Source: Mobula hypostoma (Eukaryota). From it: a stretch of 64,000 nt of DNA. Shown piece after piece: positions 52,003 to 63,960 of the stretch. The stretch covers positions 67,458,001 to 67,522,000 of the forward strand of contig NC_086097.1 of assembly GCF_963921235.1 (NCBI RefSeq), in the 5' to 3' direction. Within the stretch, counting starts at the first letter, position 1; every line of letters starts with the position of its first letter. Under the pieces are notes generated by a model. The model searched no databases. It was not told the DNA's origin and saw only the letters and a list, made by a program, of their open reading frames with translations. The position numbers and the translations under genes were made by a program.

Positions 52003-53274
52003 GTAAGTTATCACCAACATTTGGCATTAGGCACGTCACACTTGATAAGAATTTGCTTTACTTAGTTTGACTAAGTTAGTAAGTATAGGTTATATTATTG
52101 AATTAGGTCAAACGTATCGGGTACTATCAGCAGATTTTTCAGCTCCAGCTTCAGAAGTTGACTTTTAAGAGTTATTTTCTGTATATTTCAGAATACTGTC
52201 AATTCAGTTTCTCTAATAATTGGTAGTGTTCTTTATTAGTTTACTTTGATAATTTAACAGTTTACTTTGAAGTTTCTTGGTTTTGAGTTTTAGTTGAGAA
52301 GAATGTACCATATCACAGCATCACAGTAAGTTAATGCTATTTTGCAAGCAACTTAATTGACGTGTATTTCTTCTAAAGTGCAAAATATCTTTAGCATAAT
52401 ATTTCCAGATCATGGTACTGCTAGCTATTTCATAGCTGCTGATTAGTTCAAAGTTTGTTGTGTTCTGGTTTGCTAGTTTAAATGTTCTGGGGGAGAGATT
52501 CTGCCATTGTGAATCAAAACAATGCTTTATGAATTGATTCCAAGTACTAGTAGCTGAAGTTTAGGGCCTTCATCTGCCCAAGGACCAAATTTAGTAATTA
52601 TTGCCATAAGTTACTCCACTCAGTTGCACTTGCCTCTTTTAAGGCATTTTTAAAAAATCTACCTACCTGATCAAGCCATCCTTATGTGATGTGCTGTCAT
52701 ATTTCGTTCATACCTTAATGTTTATACAACATTAATTGTGCCATTTAAACAATGCTTGTTCATTGTTATCGAATAGGTTAAGATTGTAGAAGGCAGTTGA
52801 GCCAATCATGATTTTTAAAAGACTGGACTTCTTAAAATGCATCATTTGTTTGGATTGTCTTTGAAAATCACCTTCGATATCTGGGTGAATTTGGATTAAA
52901 CTGTATGTGGTACCTTGAGAGTAGAGATGGGTGTGGAAGGTAGTTCTTCCATGAATGGCACACAGACATCCTTTGATGTTGGATGTGTTGATATAATTTT
53001 GGGTGGTTTTAGCATTGCTGAGTTCAAGGTGCCAAATTACAGTTACCAGCTTTAGTTTAATCAGGACTAATATCTACAGTTCATTTCCAAGAAGGAAGTA
53101 TGTTGTTATGTTACCTGAACAGGATGTTCATTTGTTAGATATCTATGTACTGATAATGTTCATAGGGCCCCTTTTGAATTGTGTAAACCCAATTTTAAAT
53201 TGCACTGGTCGTGCTCCTTCCATGATGACATTTTCAAAGCTGTAAGATGGCCATTTGAGATCCTATTCACTGTT

Positions 53275-53805
53275 ATAGAACACTACAGTACAGAAAAAGG
53301 TCCTTCAGCCCATCTATTCACTGCCAAACTATGAATTTGCCTTGTCCCATCGACATCCCATCAACCTGCACTGAGACCATAGCCTTCTTACTCCTCCCAT
53401 TCATATACCTATCCAAAATCTCTTAAATATTGAAATCGAATCAACAGCTGTCATTTCTGCTGGCAGCTCGTACCACACTCTCACCACCCTCTGAGTGAAG
53501 AAATTCCTTCTTGTGTCCCTCTTAAACATTTCACCGTTCATCCTTAACCCATGACCTCTGGTTTTAGTGTCACCCAACCTCAGTGGAAAAAGCTGCTTAC
53601 ATTTACCCTAGCTATATCTCATAATGTTGTATAACTCTATCATTTTCCTACGCTCTAGGGAATAAAGTCCTAACCAATTGGACCTTTCCATATAAGTCGA
53701 GTTTTCCGCTCCTGACAACATCCTTGTAAATTTTCTCTGTGCTCTTACAACCCTGTTGACATCTTTTATGCAGGTAGATGGCCAGAATTGCATAGAATAG
53801 TCTAA
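53275..53805 (-). mobile_element. CR1 LINE 3' fragment
   Basis: LDYSMQFWP...RAQRKFTRML...GLYSLERR. Confidence 0.8.
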
Positions 53806-54017
53806 ATTGTGGGACCGGACGGCATCCCAGGGCGAGTACTCGGGATGTGCACAGCACAACTGGCAGGTGTGTTTACAGACATTTTTAATCTCTCCCTCTC
53901 CCAGGGTAGAGTGCCCTCCTGCTTCAAATTATCCACCATTGTCCCTGTACCAAAAAAGACCAAGGTAACATGCCTGAACGACTGGCGTCCTGTTGCACTC
54001 ACCTCAATAATAAGCAA

Positions 54018-54248
54018 CACACATCAAAGTTGCTGGTGAACGCAGCAGGCCAGGCAGCATCTGTAGGAAGAGGTGCAGTCGACGTTTCAGGCCGAGACCC
54101 TTCGTCAGGTTAGTCCTGACGAAGGGTCTCGGCCTGAAACGTTGACTGCACCTCTTCCTACAGATGCTGCCTGGCCTGCTGCGTTCACCAGCAACTTTGA
54201 TGTGTGTTGCTTGAATTTCCAGCATCTGCAGAATTCCTGTTGTTTTTG
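54018..54248. mobile_element. Miniature palindromic PLE pLTR insertion with a 14-bp TSD and back-to-back hammerhead motifs
   Basis: Arms 54012-54109 and 54115-54212 with a 5-nt loop; TCAATAATAAGCAA at 54004-54017 and 54249-54262. Confidence 0.92.
54111..54148 (+). ncRNA. Minimal hammerhead ribozyme motif (GUU triplet variant)
   Basis: TAGTC-CTGACGA-AGGGTCTCGGCCT-GAAAC-GTT-GACTG; the mirror copy at 54076-54109 (-) has GTC but has lost the 5' strand of stem I. Confidence 0.7.
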
Positions 54249-54985
54249 TCAATAATAAGCAAATGCTTTGAGAATCTGGTCGAGGACGACATCTGCAGCT
54301 TGCTGCCACCCACATTGGACCCTCTACAGTTCGCCTACTGACAAACAGATCGATAGACAATGCAATAGCCACTGTTCTATAATGTCCTTACACATCTGGA
54401 GAAGAGGGATGCTTATGTGAGAATGTTGTTCTTGGACTACAGTTCAGCATTCAACACCGTAATTCTGTCTAGACTCGACAGGAAGCTCAGAAACCTTGGC
54501 CTTGACCCTGCCTTGTGCAGCTGGATCCTGGACTTCTTGTCAGATCGCCAGCAAGTGGTAAGAGTGGGCTTCCTCACCTCTATCCCTCTGTCTCTCAACA
54601 TAGGAGCAGCTGAGGGCTGTGTACTAAGTCCCCTCCTTTACTCCCTGAAAACCCATGACTGTGTCACTATCCTCAGCTCTAATCTGCTAATTAAATTTGC
54701 TGACGATACTACATTTATTGGCCTAATCTTAAACAGTAACGAAGTGGCCTACACAGAAGAAGTCAACTCTGACGCAGTGGTGTCAAGAAAACAGCCTCTC
54801 CCTCAATGTCGCAAAAACAAAGGAGCTGGTTGTGGATTACGGGAGGAATGGAGACGGGTTAACCCCTATTGACATCAATGGATCTGGAGTTGCGAGGGTA
54901 AACAGCTTTAAGTTCCTCGGCATCCACATCACTGAGGACTTCACTTGGTCTGTACACACCAGCTGTGTGGTGAAAAAGGCACAAG

Positions 54986-56400
54986 GACTGAGGGTATGAT
55001 TGTGTTGAATGCTGAGCTGTAATCAATAAACAGCAGCTTTACGTAGGTATTGCTATTGTCTAGGTGATCCAAGGCCGAGTGGAAAGCCAGTGAAATTGTA
55101 TCTGCTGTAGATCTATTGTGGTGATAAGCAAATTATAGCAGGTCCAGGTCCTCACGTAGGCAGGAATTGATTCTTGCCGTGACCAACCTCTCTAAACGTC
55201 ATACCAGATAAGGAGTGCTACTGGGTGACTTATTGAGGCAGCCTACCCTGCTCTTCCTGGGCACTGGTATGATGGTCGTCGTTTTGAAGCAGCAGGGAAC
55301 CTCCGATTTCAGCAGTGAGATATTGAAGATGTTCTTGAACTCTCCTCCCAGTTGGTTGGCACAGGTTTTCAGAGCCCTTTCGGGTATACCAGGGCCTGAT
55401 GCCTCGTGCGGATTCACCCCCTTGTAAGACGTTCTGATGTCGGATTTCAAGACAGAGATCACAGGGTCACCAGATGCTGCTGGGATTTGCACAACTGTAG
55501 TTATAGTCTCCCTTTCAAAGTTTGCATAACAGATGTTGAGGTCATCTGGGAGTGAAGCATCACTGATGTTCATGATGCTAGGTTTCACTTTGTAGGAAGT
55601 GATGGCTTTCTACAAAGCCAGAGCTGACGTGCATCCAAATCTCTCTCTAACCTCAAGTGGAATTTTTTTTTTTCACTCTTAAAGTAGCCTTCCATAGGTC
55701 TTACTTGTACTTTCTGTATAGTTCTGGATCACTAGTTTTGAATCTGCAGATCTACCCCTCAGCAGACTTCAATTCTCCTGGTTCATCCACAGCTTTTGGT
55801 TTGCGTATATCTGGTATATTCTCCAAGGCACACACTCATCCACACAGGTCTTGATGAAGTCAGTGACAACTCTGCTGTACTCATTCAGATTTAAAGATGA
55901 ATACCTGAATATTGTCCAGTTCACTGACTCAGAACAGAACAGTCCTGTAAACGATTATACGCCTTCCTTGATCATACCTTCTCAGTGCTCATCCCTGCTG
56001 CGGTCTTTAGTCTCTGCCTATATGCCGGGATCAGAAGTGCTTTCTAAAGTGTGGGTATTGGATGGTATGGTAAGGGTTCTTAGTGATGGTATAACAGTGC
56101 TTAAGTGTGGTTCCACTGGTAATGTGCTGGTGGTAGTTGACAGACTTCTTCAGGTTGGCTTGGTTGAAATCCTATGCAATGATAGGGAGAGCATCAGGGT
56201 GCTTTTCTGTGCCTGCTGATTACGGTGCTCAGCTCCTCCAGTGCCTGCTTGGTGTTAGTCTGAGGTAGAATATACACTACCAGGATGATATCGGAAAATT
56301 CCTTTGGCAGATAAAATGGACAACGTTTGACCACTAGATGTTCCAGATCTGTTGAGCAGGACTGAGACAGAACCATTGTATCTGTGCACCACAAGAATAT
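54986..56400 (-). mobile_element. Decayed Rex1/Babar endonuclease-to-RT fragment
   Basis: DLEHLVVKRCPFYLPKEFSDIILVVYILP (APE); SLPDDLNICYANFE...LKTCANQL...CFKTTTIIPVP. Confidence 0.85.
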
Positions 56401-57204
56401 TTGATAATTCCAATTGGAGCTGCATGCAGAATCGCTACTTATTGGTATTGCATGAATGAAGTCAACGGAGAAAAGTACTGGTAGATGTGAAGCAGCTTCT
56501 GTATTCGACCAAACAAGATGCAGCAGGCAACATAATGAGACACTTTTCATTGTAAGGTCTCACTGGGCTTGGTATTTTATGTGCTAAACATCAAAGGACA
56601 ATTCTGTATTTAGACTGCTTTCTTTGAAACTACACACAAACTTCACACTTCCTGATTTGCACCCATGCCACAGCTTTTGGGAAACTGTTGTTCATTCAAA
56701 TTAAATCCACAATTTACATTCAGATTTGAAGATTGGTGGCTGAGAAGTCACTTGCTAAATGTAAAGTAGTAAACACAAAATATGTTCTAACTGGTGTTAT
56801 TTTAAGATCTTAATGAATAAATAATAAAAATATATTGTGAAGGTGAGAGCAAGAATTAAAGTGGGATAAAATTATCATGCGCAGTCACTTACCATCACTA
56901 GCAAAGGCATTTCCCACTAATTTATTTAAACTGGTGCATAAATTTGCTTCGGGACCAGATCTTGATTATAAAGTGAATCAGAGTTTACATGCTTTCTCCA
57001 AGATAGATGAGCCAAAAAATTCAAAAAGGACACTGTAGAATCTGTTGATGGCTATCTTGGTGGAAATATGTTATTTTATTCAAAATTCAATCCTGGATTT
57101 TTCACAAAACGGATGACTTATTCAAAATGACAGTCAAATCTACTTTTCATTTATCTGTGTAGTTCTTTCATATAGAGATTGTTACTTTCATTTTTTGAAT
57201 TATT

Positions 57205-60200
57205 ATTTTTTTAAATACTTTATTTTCAAAATTTTCAAAAAAAATCAACAAAAACGTACCAACTCAGACATGTATAAAAAAGAAATAAATAAAAAGAAAG
57301 ACATAACATTAGAGGAATGCCTATTGTACAAAGTGCTCAAAAATACTAAACATTAAGCTGGGGGGGAAGTTGCTCATCCACCCCCGGCCTCGGCCAGGTA
57401 GGCAAGAAATAGATCCCAGATAGCCGAAAATTTTTTAATTGAATTGGTTCTCAAGAACCTAAGTTTCTCCATTTGTATGACTGAGATCATATCAGCCATC
57501 CATCTCCGAAAGGAAGGGGGAGAGAGTGATTTCCATTTCCTCAAGGTAAGTCTTTTGGCAACAATCATCCCCAGCATCAGAGACTGTTGTATGGCTGCAG
57601 GGAAACAAATAGTAGATTGCGAGCAGCCAATTATAGCGAGACCAGCTTCCAAGGGAAAGGATCTTTTATAGGCCTTTGAGTACCAGTGGAATATTTTGGA
57701 CCAAAATTCAGTCAGTAATGGGCAAAACCAAAAGGTGTGTGACAACGTAGCTTCCATCCCTTGGCATCTATCACACATTGGCGAGACAGAAGGGTAAATC
57801 CTGTGCAATCTAAGTTTAGAGTAATGGAGACGGTGGACAACTTTAAACTGGATCAGTTGGTGCCTGCTGTTAACAGAGCAAGCCTGTATCATAGACAAAC
57901 ACTTATCCCAGGCAGTTTCAGATAATTCAATGCCCAACTCCTCTCTCCAGGCGTCTCTAATCTTCACAGTAGATGCTACAGTGCAATTATCAAACAAACG
58001 TACAAACTTAGAAACGAGATGCCTGGAGTCAGGAGGGTTCTTTAAAATATCAAAAAAAACATATGTTTCCCTGGAAGGATTTCAAAATTACGAATCTTTG
58101 ATTGAATGTAGTGTCTAATTTGCAAATAATGAAAAAAGTGCGAATGAGGCAGCTCAAATTTCTTTTCCAGCAGACTAAATGTTGCAAACCGTCCCTCTAT
58201 GTACAGGTCTTCAGTAGAAACTAGACCCTTCTCCCTCCAAGCATGGTAGGTTTTATCTAACCATGAGGGTAGAAAGGAGTGATTGAAACAGATTGGTGTT
58301 TGTACAGAGGTCTCTGGTAAATTCAGAACGCTCCTAATCTGATTTAGAATTCTGACGAAATTTTTCAAAACAAAACTCAAACTTTTTGAACTTCCAGGCC
58401 CCTCTAACTTGAAGAACAGCATGGCTGGCAAGGAGGAATTGACAACAGAGTTGGACTCCATACATAGCCACAAGGGAGCCCCAGGGGCTAGGTTATCCGG
58501 AGTCCCCTGTTGCCAAAACATTAAAGCCCTAGCAAAGACAGCCCAATAATAGTGTCTAAATACAGGTAATTCCAGCCCTCCTTCAGACTCGGGCTTTTGT
58601 AAATGAATTTTCGAAATTGTGTGATTCTTATAATTCCAGATATAAGACAATATTATGGAGTCCAACTCTTTAAAGAAAGCTGATATAAGAAAAATGGGGA
58701 GATTTTGACAAAGATAGAGAAACCTAGGAAGGGAAACCATTTTAATTGAGTTTATACGACCAATCATGGACAGAGGTAGGGTTTTCCAACTTTCTATATT
58801 CTGTTTAAGTTTTGAAACTCGGCGAAGTTTAATTTGAATATTAATTTAGGATCTTTGGGGATTATCAAGCCGAGATAAGTAAAATGATCTTTAACCACTT
58901 TGAACGGGACAGTTTCCAAAAAACCCTGCGTGTAGTCGTTGGAGAGGGGCACAAAGTCACTTTTTGTCCAATTGATTGAGTATCCCAATATTCTGCCAAA
59001 AGAGGTGATTAAATCTAGAAGAGGGACTGACTTTTCTGAGTTTTGTAAGAGTATCACATCGTCAGCATATAAACTAATAAGTGTTTCAATACCTCCCACT
59101 TGCAAACCCAGAATATTTGGGTGACTTCTTATTTTTAAGGCAAGGGGCTCAACCGTGACGGCAAAAAGGGCCAGCGAGAGAGGGCACCCCAGCTGGACTG
59201 AACGGTGTAGGGGAAACAGAGTTGACTTGTCACCATTAGTTATAATACAGCACATTGGGCTGGCATATATCAGTTTTACCCAAGATACAAATGACTCGCC
59301 GAACCCAAACCTGTACAGTGACTCAGACATGTAAGGCCATTCAATCTGGTCAAAAGCCTTTTGTGCATCAAGGATAAAATTGCTGCCCCATTAGCTTTCC
59401 CATGATCAGCATATATAGTACTAAGGAGGCATCTGACATTGGAAAAAGAGAACCTACCCGGGACAAACCCTGTCTGATCAGGATGGATAATAACCATATA
59501 ACAATTTCAGCGTGGAAACAGGCCATCTTGGCCCTTCTAGTCCATGGCGAACTCTTACTCTCACCTAGTCCCATCGACCTGCAGTTAGCCCATAATCCTC
59601 CATTCCTTTCCTGTCCATATAGCTATCCAATTTAACTTTAAATGATAACATTGAACCTGCCTCAACCACTTCTGCTGGAAGCTCGTTCCACACAGCTACC
59701 ACTTTCTGAGTAAAGAAGTTCCCCCTCATATTACCCCTAAACTTTTGCCCTTTAACCCTCAACTCATGTCCTCTTGTTTGAATCTTCCCCCTCAATGGAA
59801 AAAGCCTATCCTCGTCAACTCTATCTATCTCCCTCATAATTTTAAATACCTCTATCAAGTCCCCCCCTCAACCTTCTACGCTCCAAAGAATAAAGACCTA
59901 ACTTGTTCAACCTTTCACTATAAGTTAGGTGCTGAAACCCAGGTAACATTCTAATAAATCTCCTCTGTACTCTCTCTATTTTGTTGAGTCATCATCTCTT
60001 TAGTATAGTCCGGGAAGATCAAGACCTTGTTTCCCTTGTACTGCATGGGTTGTAGTCTGCTGCGGTGCAGGATCAGCTCTTACACTTGAAAGTGATGGAT
60101 ACGTGCCAAGATGGTGCGCGGTTTCCTGCTGGCAGCCGGCTTCAGATAGAGAGAGTGATGCGCATGATCGACTTTAACCGGATATGGGAAATGCTCTTCT

Positions 60201-60812
60201 CCGAACAACTTGGGAATCAGTCTGGAAACAAATTCAGTGGGATTACCATCCTCCTCACCCTCTTGTATCCCTACAATCTTAATATTATGTCTCCGGGAAC
60301 GAGCCCCTAAGTCATGCACTTTAGCTTCAAGCTGGCTATTTTGTCTCATTAGCTCTGAATACCTAACTTCAAGCTCTTGCACCGGTGTTTCAAGGTCACT
60401 GGTGGTTAGTTCTTGATTAGCCACACGGGCTTGTAAGTCAGCCTGGGAGGCCCCAAGTGCCTCAAACTTGGTCTCAGAAACACCAAAGCGGTCGTTAATG
60501 CCGTGCAGAATTGACTCAGAAATCTCCTGACCTAATTCCTTGCACATGGCCTAAGTTTTATCGGGCGGTATCTCAGACGCGGAGAAGTGCTTTACCGACC
60601 CGTTGTTAGCACTAACTTCGGTAGTTTGGCAGTCGGCGGTCTTGGCCTTATTTGCCTTCGGCATTGTCAAACCTTTCCAGACACTTCGTTTAGACATACA
60701 CTGTTGGCCTATGAATGAATAGAACACGGTATAATAGTAATTTTATCGAGGCCTCGGAGAGGAGCACTGATCAAATGCGTCTAATCCATACGCATGTGCA
60801 CTAGCGCCCCCC
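57205..60812 (-). mobile_element. L1-clade LINE with both termini and a TSD, internally deleted and carrying a nested CR1
   Basis: ORF1 ARSRRHNIKIVGIQEGEE...KPRTILAR; RT IIHPDQTGFVPGR, GCPLSLALFA, SLYADDV; C-terminal CDRC...HTFWFC; G-rich 5' end; A-rich tail; TGAATTATT at 57196-57204 and 60813-60821. Confidence 0.92.
59491..59986 (-). mobile_element. CR1 3' fragment nested in the L1
   Basis: IEVFKIMREIDRVD...FFTQKVVAVWNELPAEVVEAG. Confidence 0.9.
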
Positions 60813-61164
60813 TGAATTATTTTTAATAAGCAGATTGTTTTCTGCCTTGTGTGTATTGATTTAAATTCTAATTTTTTAAACATATGATGGTATTCTCCAA
60901 AGAACATATGAAATTGCAAAATAATATTGAGGAGGATTTTAATTCAATTCTACCATCTGAACTAAGCTCTAGAGTCCTACAAGGAAACATAGTCTTTTTC
61001 AATTTTTTGATGGTGAAACATTTGACATGGATAACTGCAGGCATACATTTAAGGTGAGAGAGGTAAGTAACCATAGTAACATTACAGGCTGGGCCTGTAT
61101 TGGGTTTTTCCATGATACAAAGGGAGATCATCTGCACAAACGTCCAGAACTGAGTTAGTACGAT

Positions 61165-61795
61165 ACAGAGCAATAAACGCAGAATGCTGGAGGAACTCGG
61201 CAGATCAGGCAGCATCTATTGAAATGAACATAGTCGACATTTCTGGCCGAGACCTTCATGAGAACAGCAAAGGAAGGGGGAAGATGCCAGAATAAGAAGG
61301 TGGGGCGAGGGGAAAGAGGAAAAACTAGAAGGTGATAGATGAACCCAGGTGGTGGGGGGGTGGGGGTGGGGGAATGAAGTAAGAAGATAGCAGGTGATAA
61401 GTAGAAAAGGTGAAGGTGTGGAGAAGGAGGAATCTGATAAGAGAGGGGAGTAGAACATGGGAGAAGGGGAAGGAGGAGGGGCATCTGGGTGAGATGGTAG
61501 GCTGTTGAGAAGAGGCCAGAGTGGGGAAATAAAGAAGAGCAAAGAGGCAGGAGAAAAATATCAGAATTTGGAGAGTTCAGTGTTCATGCCATCAAGTTGG
61601 ATACTACCTCGAGAGAATATGAGGTGTAGTTCTTCCAACCTGAGAGTGGCCTCATTGTGACAGAAGAGGAGACTATGCACTGACATGTCAGACTGGGAAT
61701 AGGGATAGGAATTTAAATGGTTGGCCACAGAGGAATTCTGCTTTTTGCAGATGGAGCTGAGGTACTTGACAAAGCAGTCTCCCAATCTCCCTGTG
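61165..61795 (-). mobile_element. Older Penelope-like element: GIY-YIG C-terminus plus pLTR with degenerate hammerhead
   Basis: RLGDCFVKYLSSI...VANHLNSYPYSQSDMSVH...EATLRLEELHLIF; minus strand CTCATGA-AGGTCTCGGCCA-GAAAT-GTC-GACT. Confidence 0.85.
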
Positions 61796-61819
61796 TGTGT
61801 GTGTGGGGGGGGGGGGAGT

Positions 61820-63960
61820 AAATAAATGTGCCACATATCTCCTTTGAACTTGCCTCTCTCACCTTAAATGCATGTATTGAGATATTTTGACTCTTGGGGG
61901 GGGGGAGTGACCATTGTCTAGCCTACCTATGCCTCTTATAACTTTATAAAGTTCTATTGGGTCACTCATCAGCTACTGCTGCTCAAGAGAAAACAAGCCT
62001 AGTTTGTCCAAACTTTCCTTGCAGCACATGCCCTGTAATCTAGGCAGCTTTGTAGTAAATAACTTCTGCACCCTCTCTATAATCTCCATATCTTTCCTAT
62101 AATAGGACATCCAGAAATTAATGCAATACTTGAGGTGTAGCCTAACGGGAGGTTTATAAAGATGCAACATAATATCCTGACTCTTGAATTTAGTACCCTA
62201 TGTAATAAATGTCGTGCGCTATCTTTACCACTCTATTGACTTGTATGGCTACTTTCAGGGGACTGTGGACTTGGATCCCAAGATTCCTCTGTATATCAGC
62301 ACCTCAACCCCATTCTTCTCCCTTCTCCGATAACCTTTGAAACTCTTACTAATAAAGAACCTACCAATCTCCACTTTAAACATACTCAGTGACTCTCCCT
62401 CCACATATTCACTACCCTCTGGCTAAAGAAATTCTTCCTCATTTCTTTTCAAAAGCAATGCTTACATCACTTGTGTTTTGAGGCTGTACTGTCTGGTCCC
62501 AGATTCCCCCACTATAGGAAACACACCCTCCACATCCACTGAATCTAGGCCTTTAAATATTCAATAGATTTCCATAAGATCCCCCTTCATTCTTCCAAAC
62601 TTCAGTGAGTACAGGCCTAGAGCAATCAAATGCTCCTCATAAGTTAACCCTTTCATTCTTGAGATCATTCCCACGAACCTTCTCGGGACCCTCTCCAATG
62701 CCAGATGTTAGCCTTGCTGGTCTATATATCCCAGTTTTTTGTTTGCATCCCTCTTTAAATAAAGGCACAACATTTGCTACAGATGATGATGCAAATATCT
62801 CAGCTAGGGCTCCAAGAAATTCTTCTTGAAGCAAAATAATGTACTTGTTTGGTAATGATCACTTCTCTTACATGGAGGTCTGTGATTTAGCATATTTCAT
62901 ATGAAACATGTCACTTTTTGAGGATATCCTTGGCATTCCATGAATGACTCCCCTCCTCTACTCGGGAAATTAAACAACCTTTAGCTGGTACATCTTTCTT
63001 ACAGGTTCTGTTGTTCTCTTGCATCACTTTCTCTTATAGATATTCATGTTCAGTGGAGCTTTGGGTCTCATCGTGCTCTACATATAACTACAAAATAAGA
63101 GGCCAGTCATTTAAAATTGAGATACTGGGTAACTTCTTCTCAGAGGGCGGTGAGTGTCCCGAATTCTCTGTCCTGGATGAAAGCTGGATTACTAGAAGTA
63201 TTTAAAGTGGAGTTGGATAGACATTTAATAGATCACGGAATAGGAGAGTATGGAGAGGAGATGCAGAAGACAAGTTGACGTTAGCGTAGATCAGTCATGA
63301 TAGTAGTAAATGGTAGGGCAGGCTTGAAGGGCCTGATGACCTACTTCTGTTCCTATTATATTCATTGGGCACCCATCTATATTGATCCCCTCTTCCTGGA
63401 CTTGGTTCCTAGCCCTCTATGCCTAAGCGATTCTTTTTAAATGCTATTACTTTCTCTGCTAGTGAATTCTAGCTACTCACCATTCACTGGGTGAAAAAAG
63501 TCACTCTCCAATTTCCCCCCTAAATCTTTTATCCTATACTCTAAATCTGCCTCCTATAGTTTTATTCACTTCTAACAAGGTGATACTTTTTTACTGTCAA
63601 CCCTTCCTAAACCCCTCATAATTTTGTATTTATAGAACGTAGACCAGCACAGCATAGGAATAGGTCATCCGGTCCACAATGTGGTGTCAAACCAGTTTAA
63701 AAAGCAAATCAAAAACACCCAAACACTAATTCCTCCTACCTACATCATGTCCATGTTCCGCCATCTTCCTTATATCCATATACCAAACATCTCTTGAAAG
63801 CCTCTGATGTATTTGTCTCTACCACCATACCAGGCAGTGCATTCCTCAACTCTGTGAGTTAAAAAAAAAAATTACCCTTCACGTTCCCCATGAACCTAAA
63901 CCTCTCACCTTCAATGTGTACCACCTGGTAATAGACATTTCAACCCTGGGAACCCTGTCT
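61820..63960. mobile_element. Cluster of CR1 3'-end fragments (mostly minus strand; ~63090-63360 plus strand)
   Basis: LYKPPVRLHLKYCINFW...IERVQKLFT; ANVVPLFKEG...YRPARLTS; repeated CR1 3' motifs. Confidence 0.75.

Larger units (their letters stand above)
53806..54985 (+). mobile_element. Rex1/Babar RT fragment interrupted by a PLE palindrome
   Basis: [10 protein letters not shown]...[11 protein letters not shown], then KCFE after the insertion; [27 protein letters not shown]. Confidence 0.9.

Noticed and set aside
52003..52065. Tail of the 156-aa ORF (VSYHQHL...ICFT)
   Set aside because: Intronic read-through after the perfect CAG|GTAAGT donor
61020..61150. GAG|GTAAGT donor-like site considered as the missing egln exon 2
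   Set aside because: No AMVACYPG/HVDNP translation in any frame; exon 2 is presumably beyond the window
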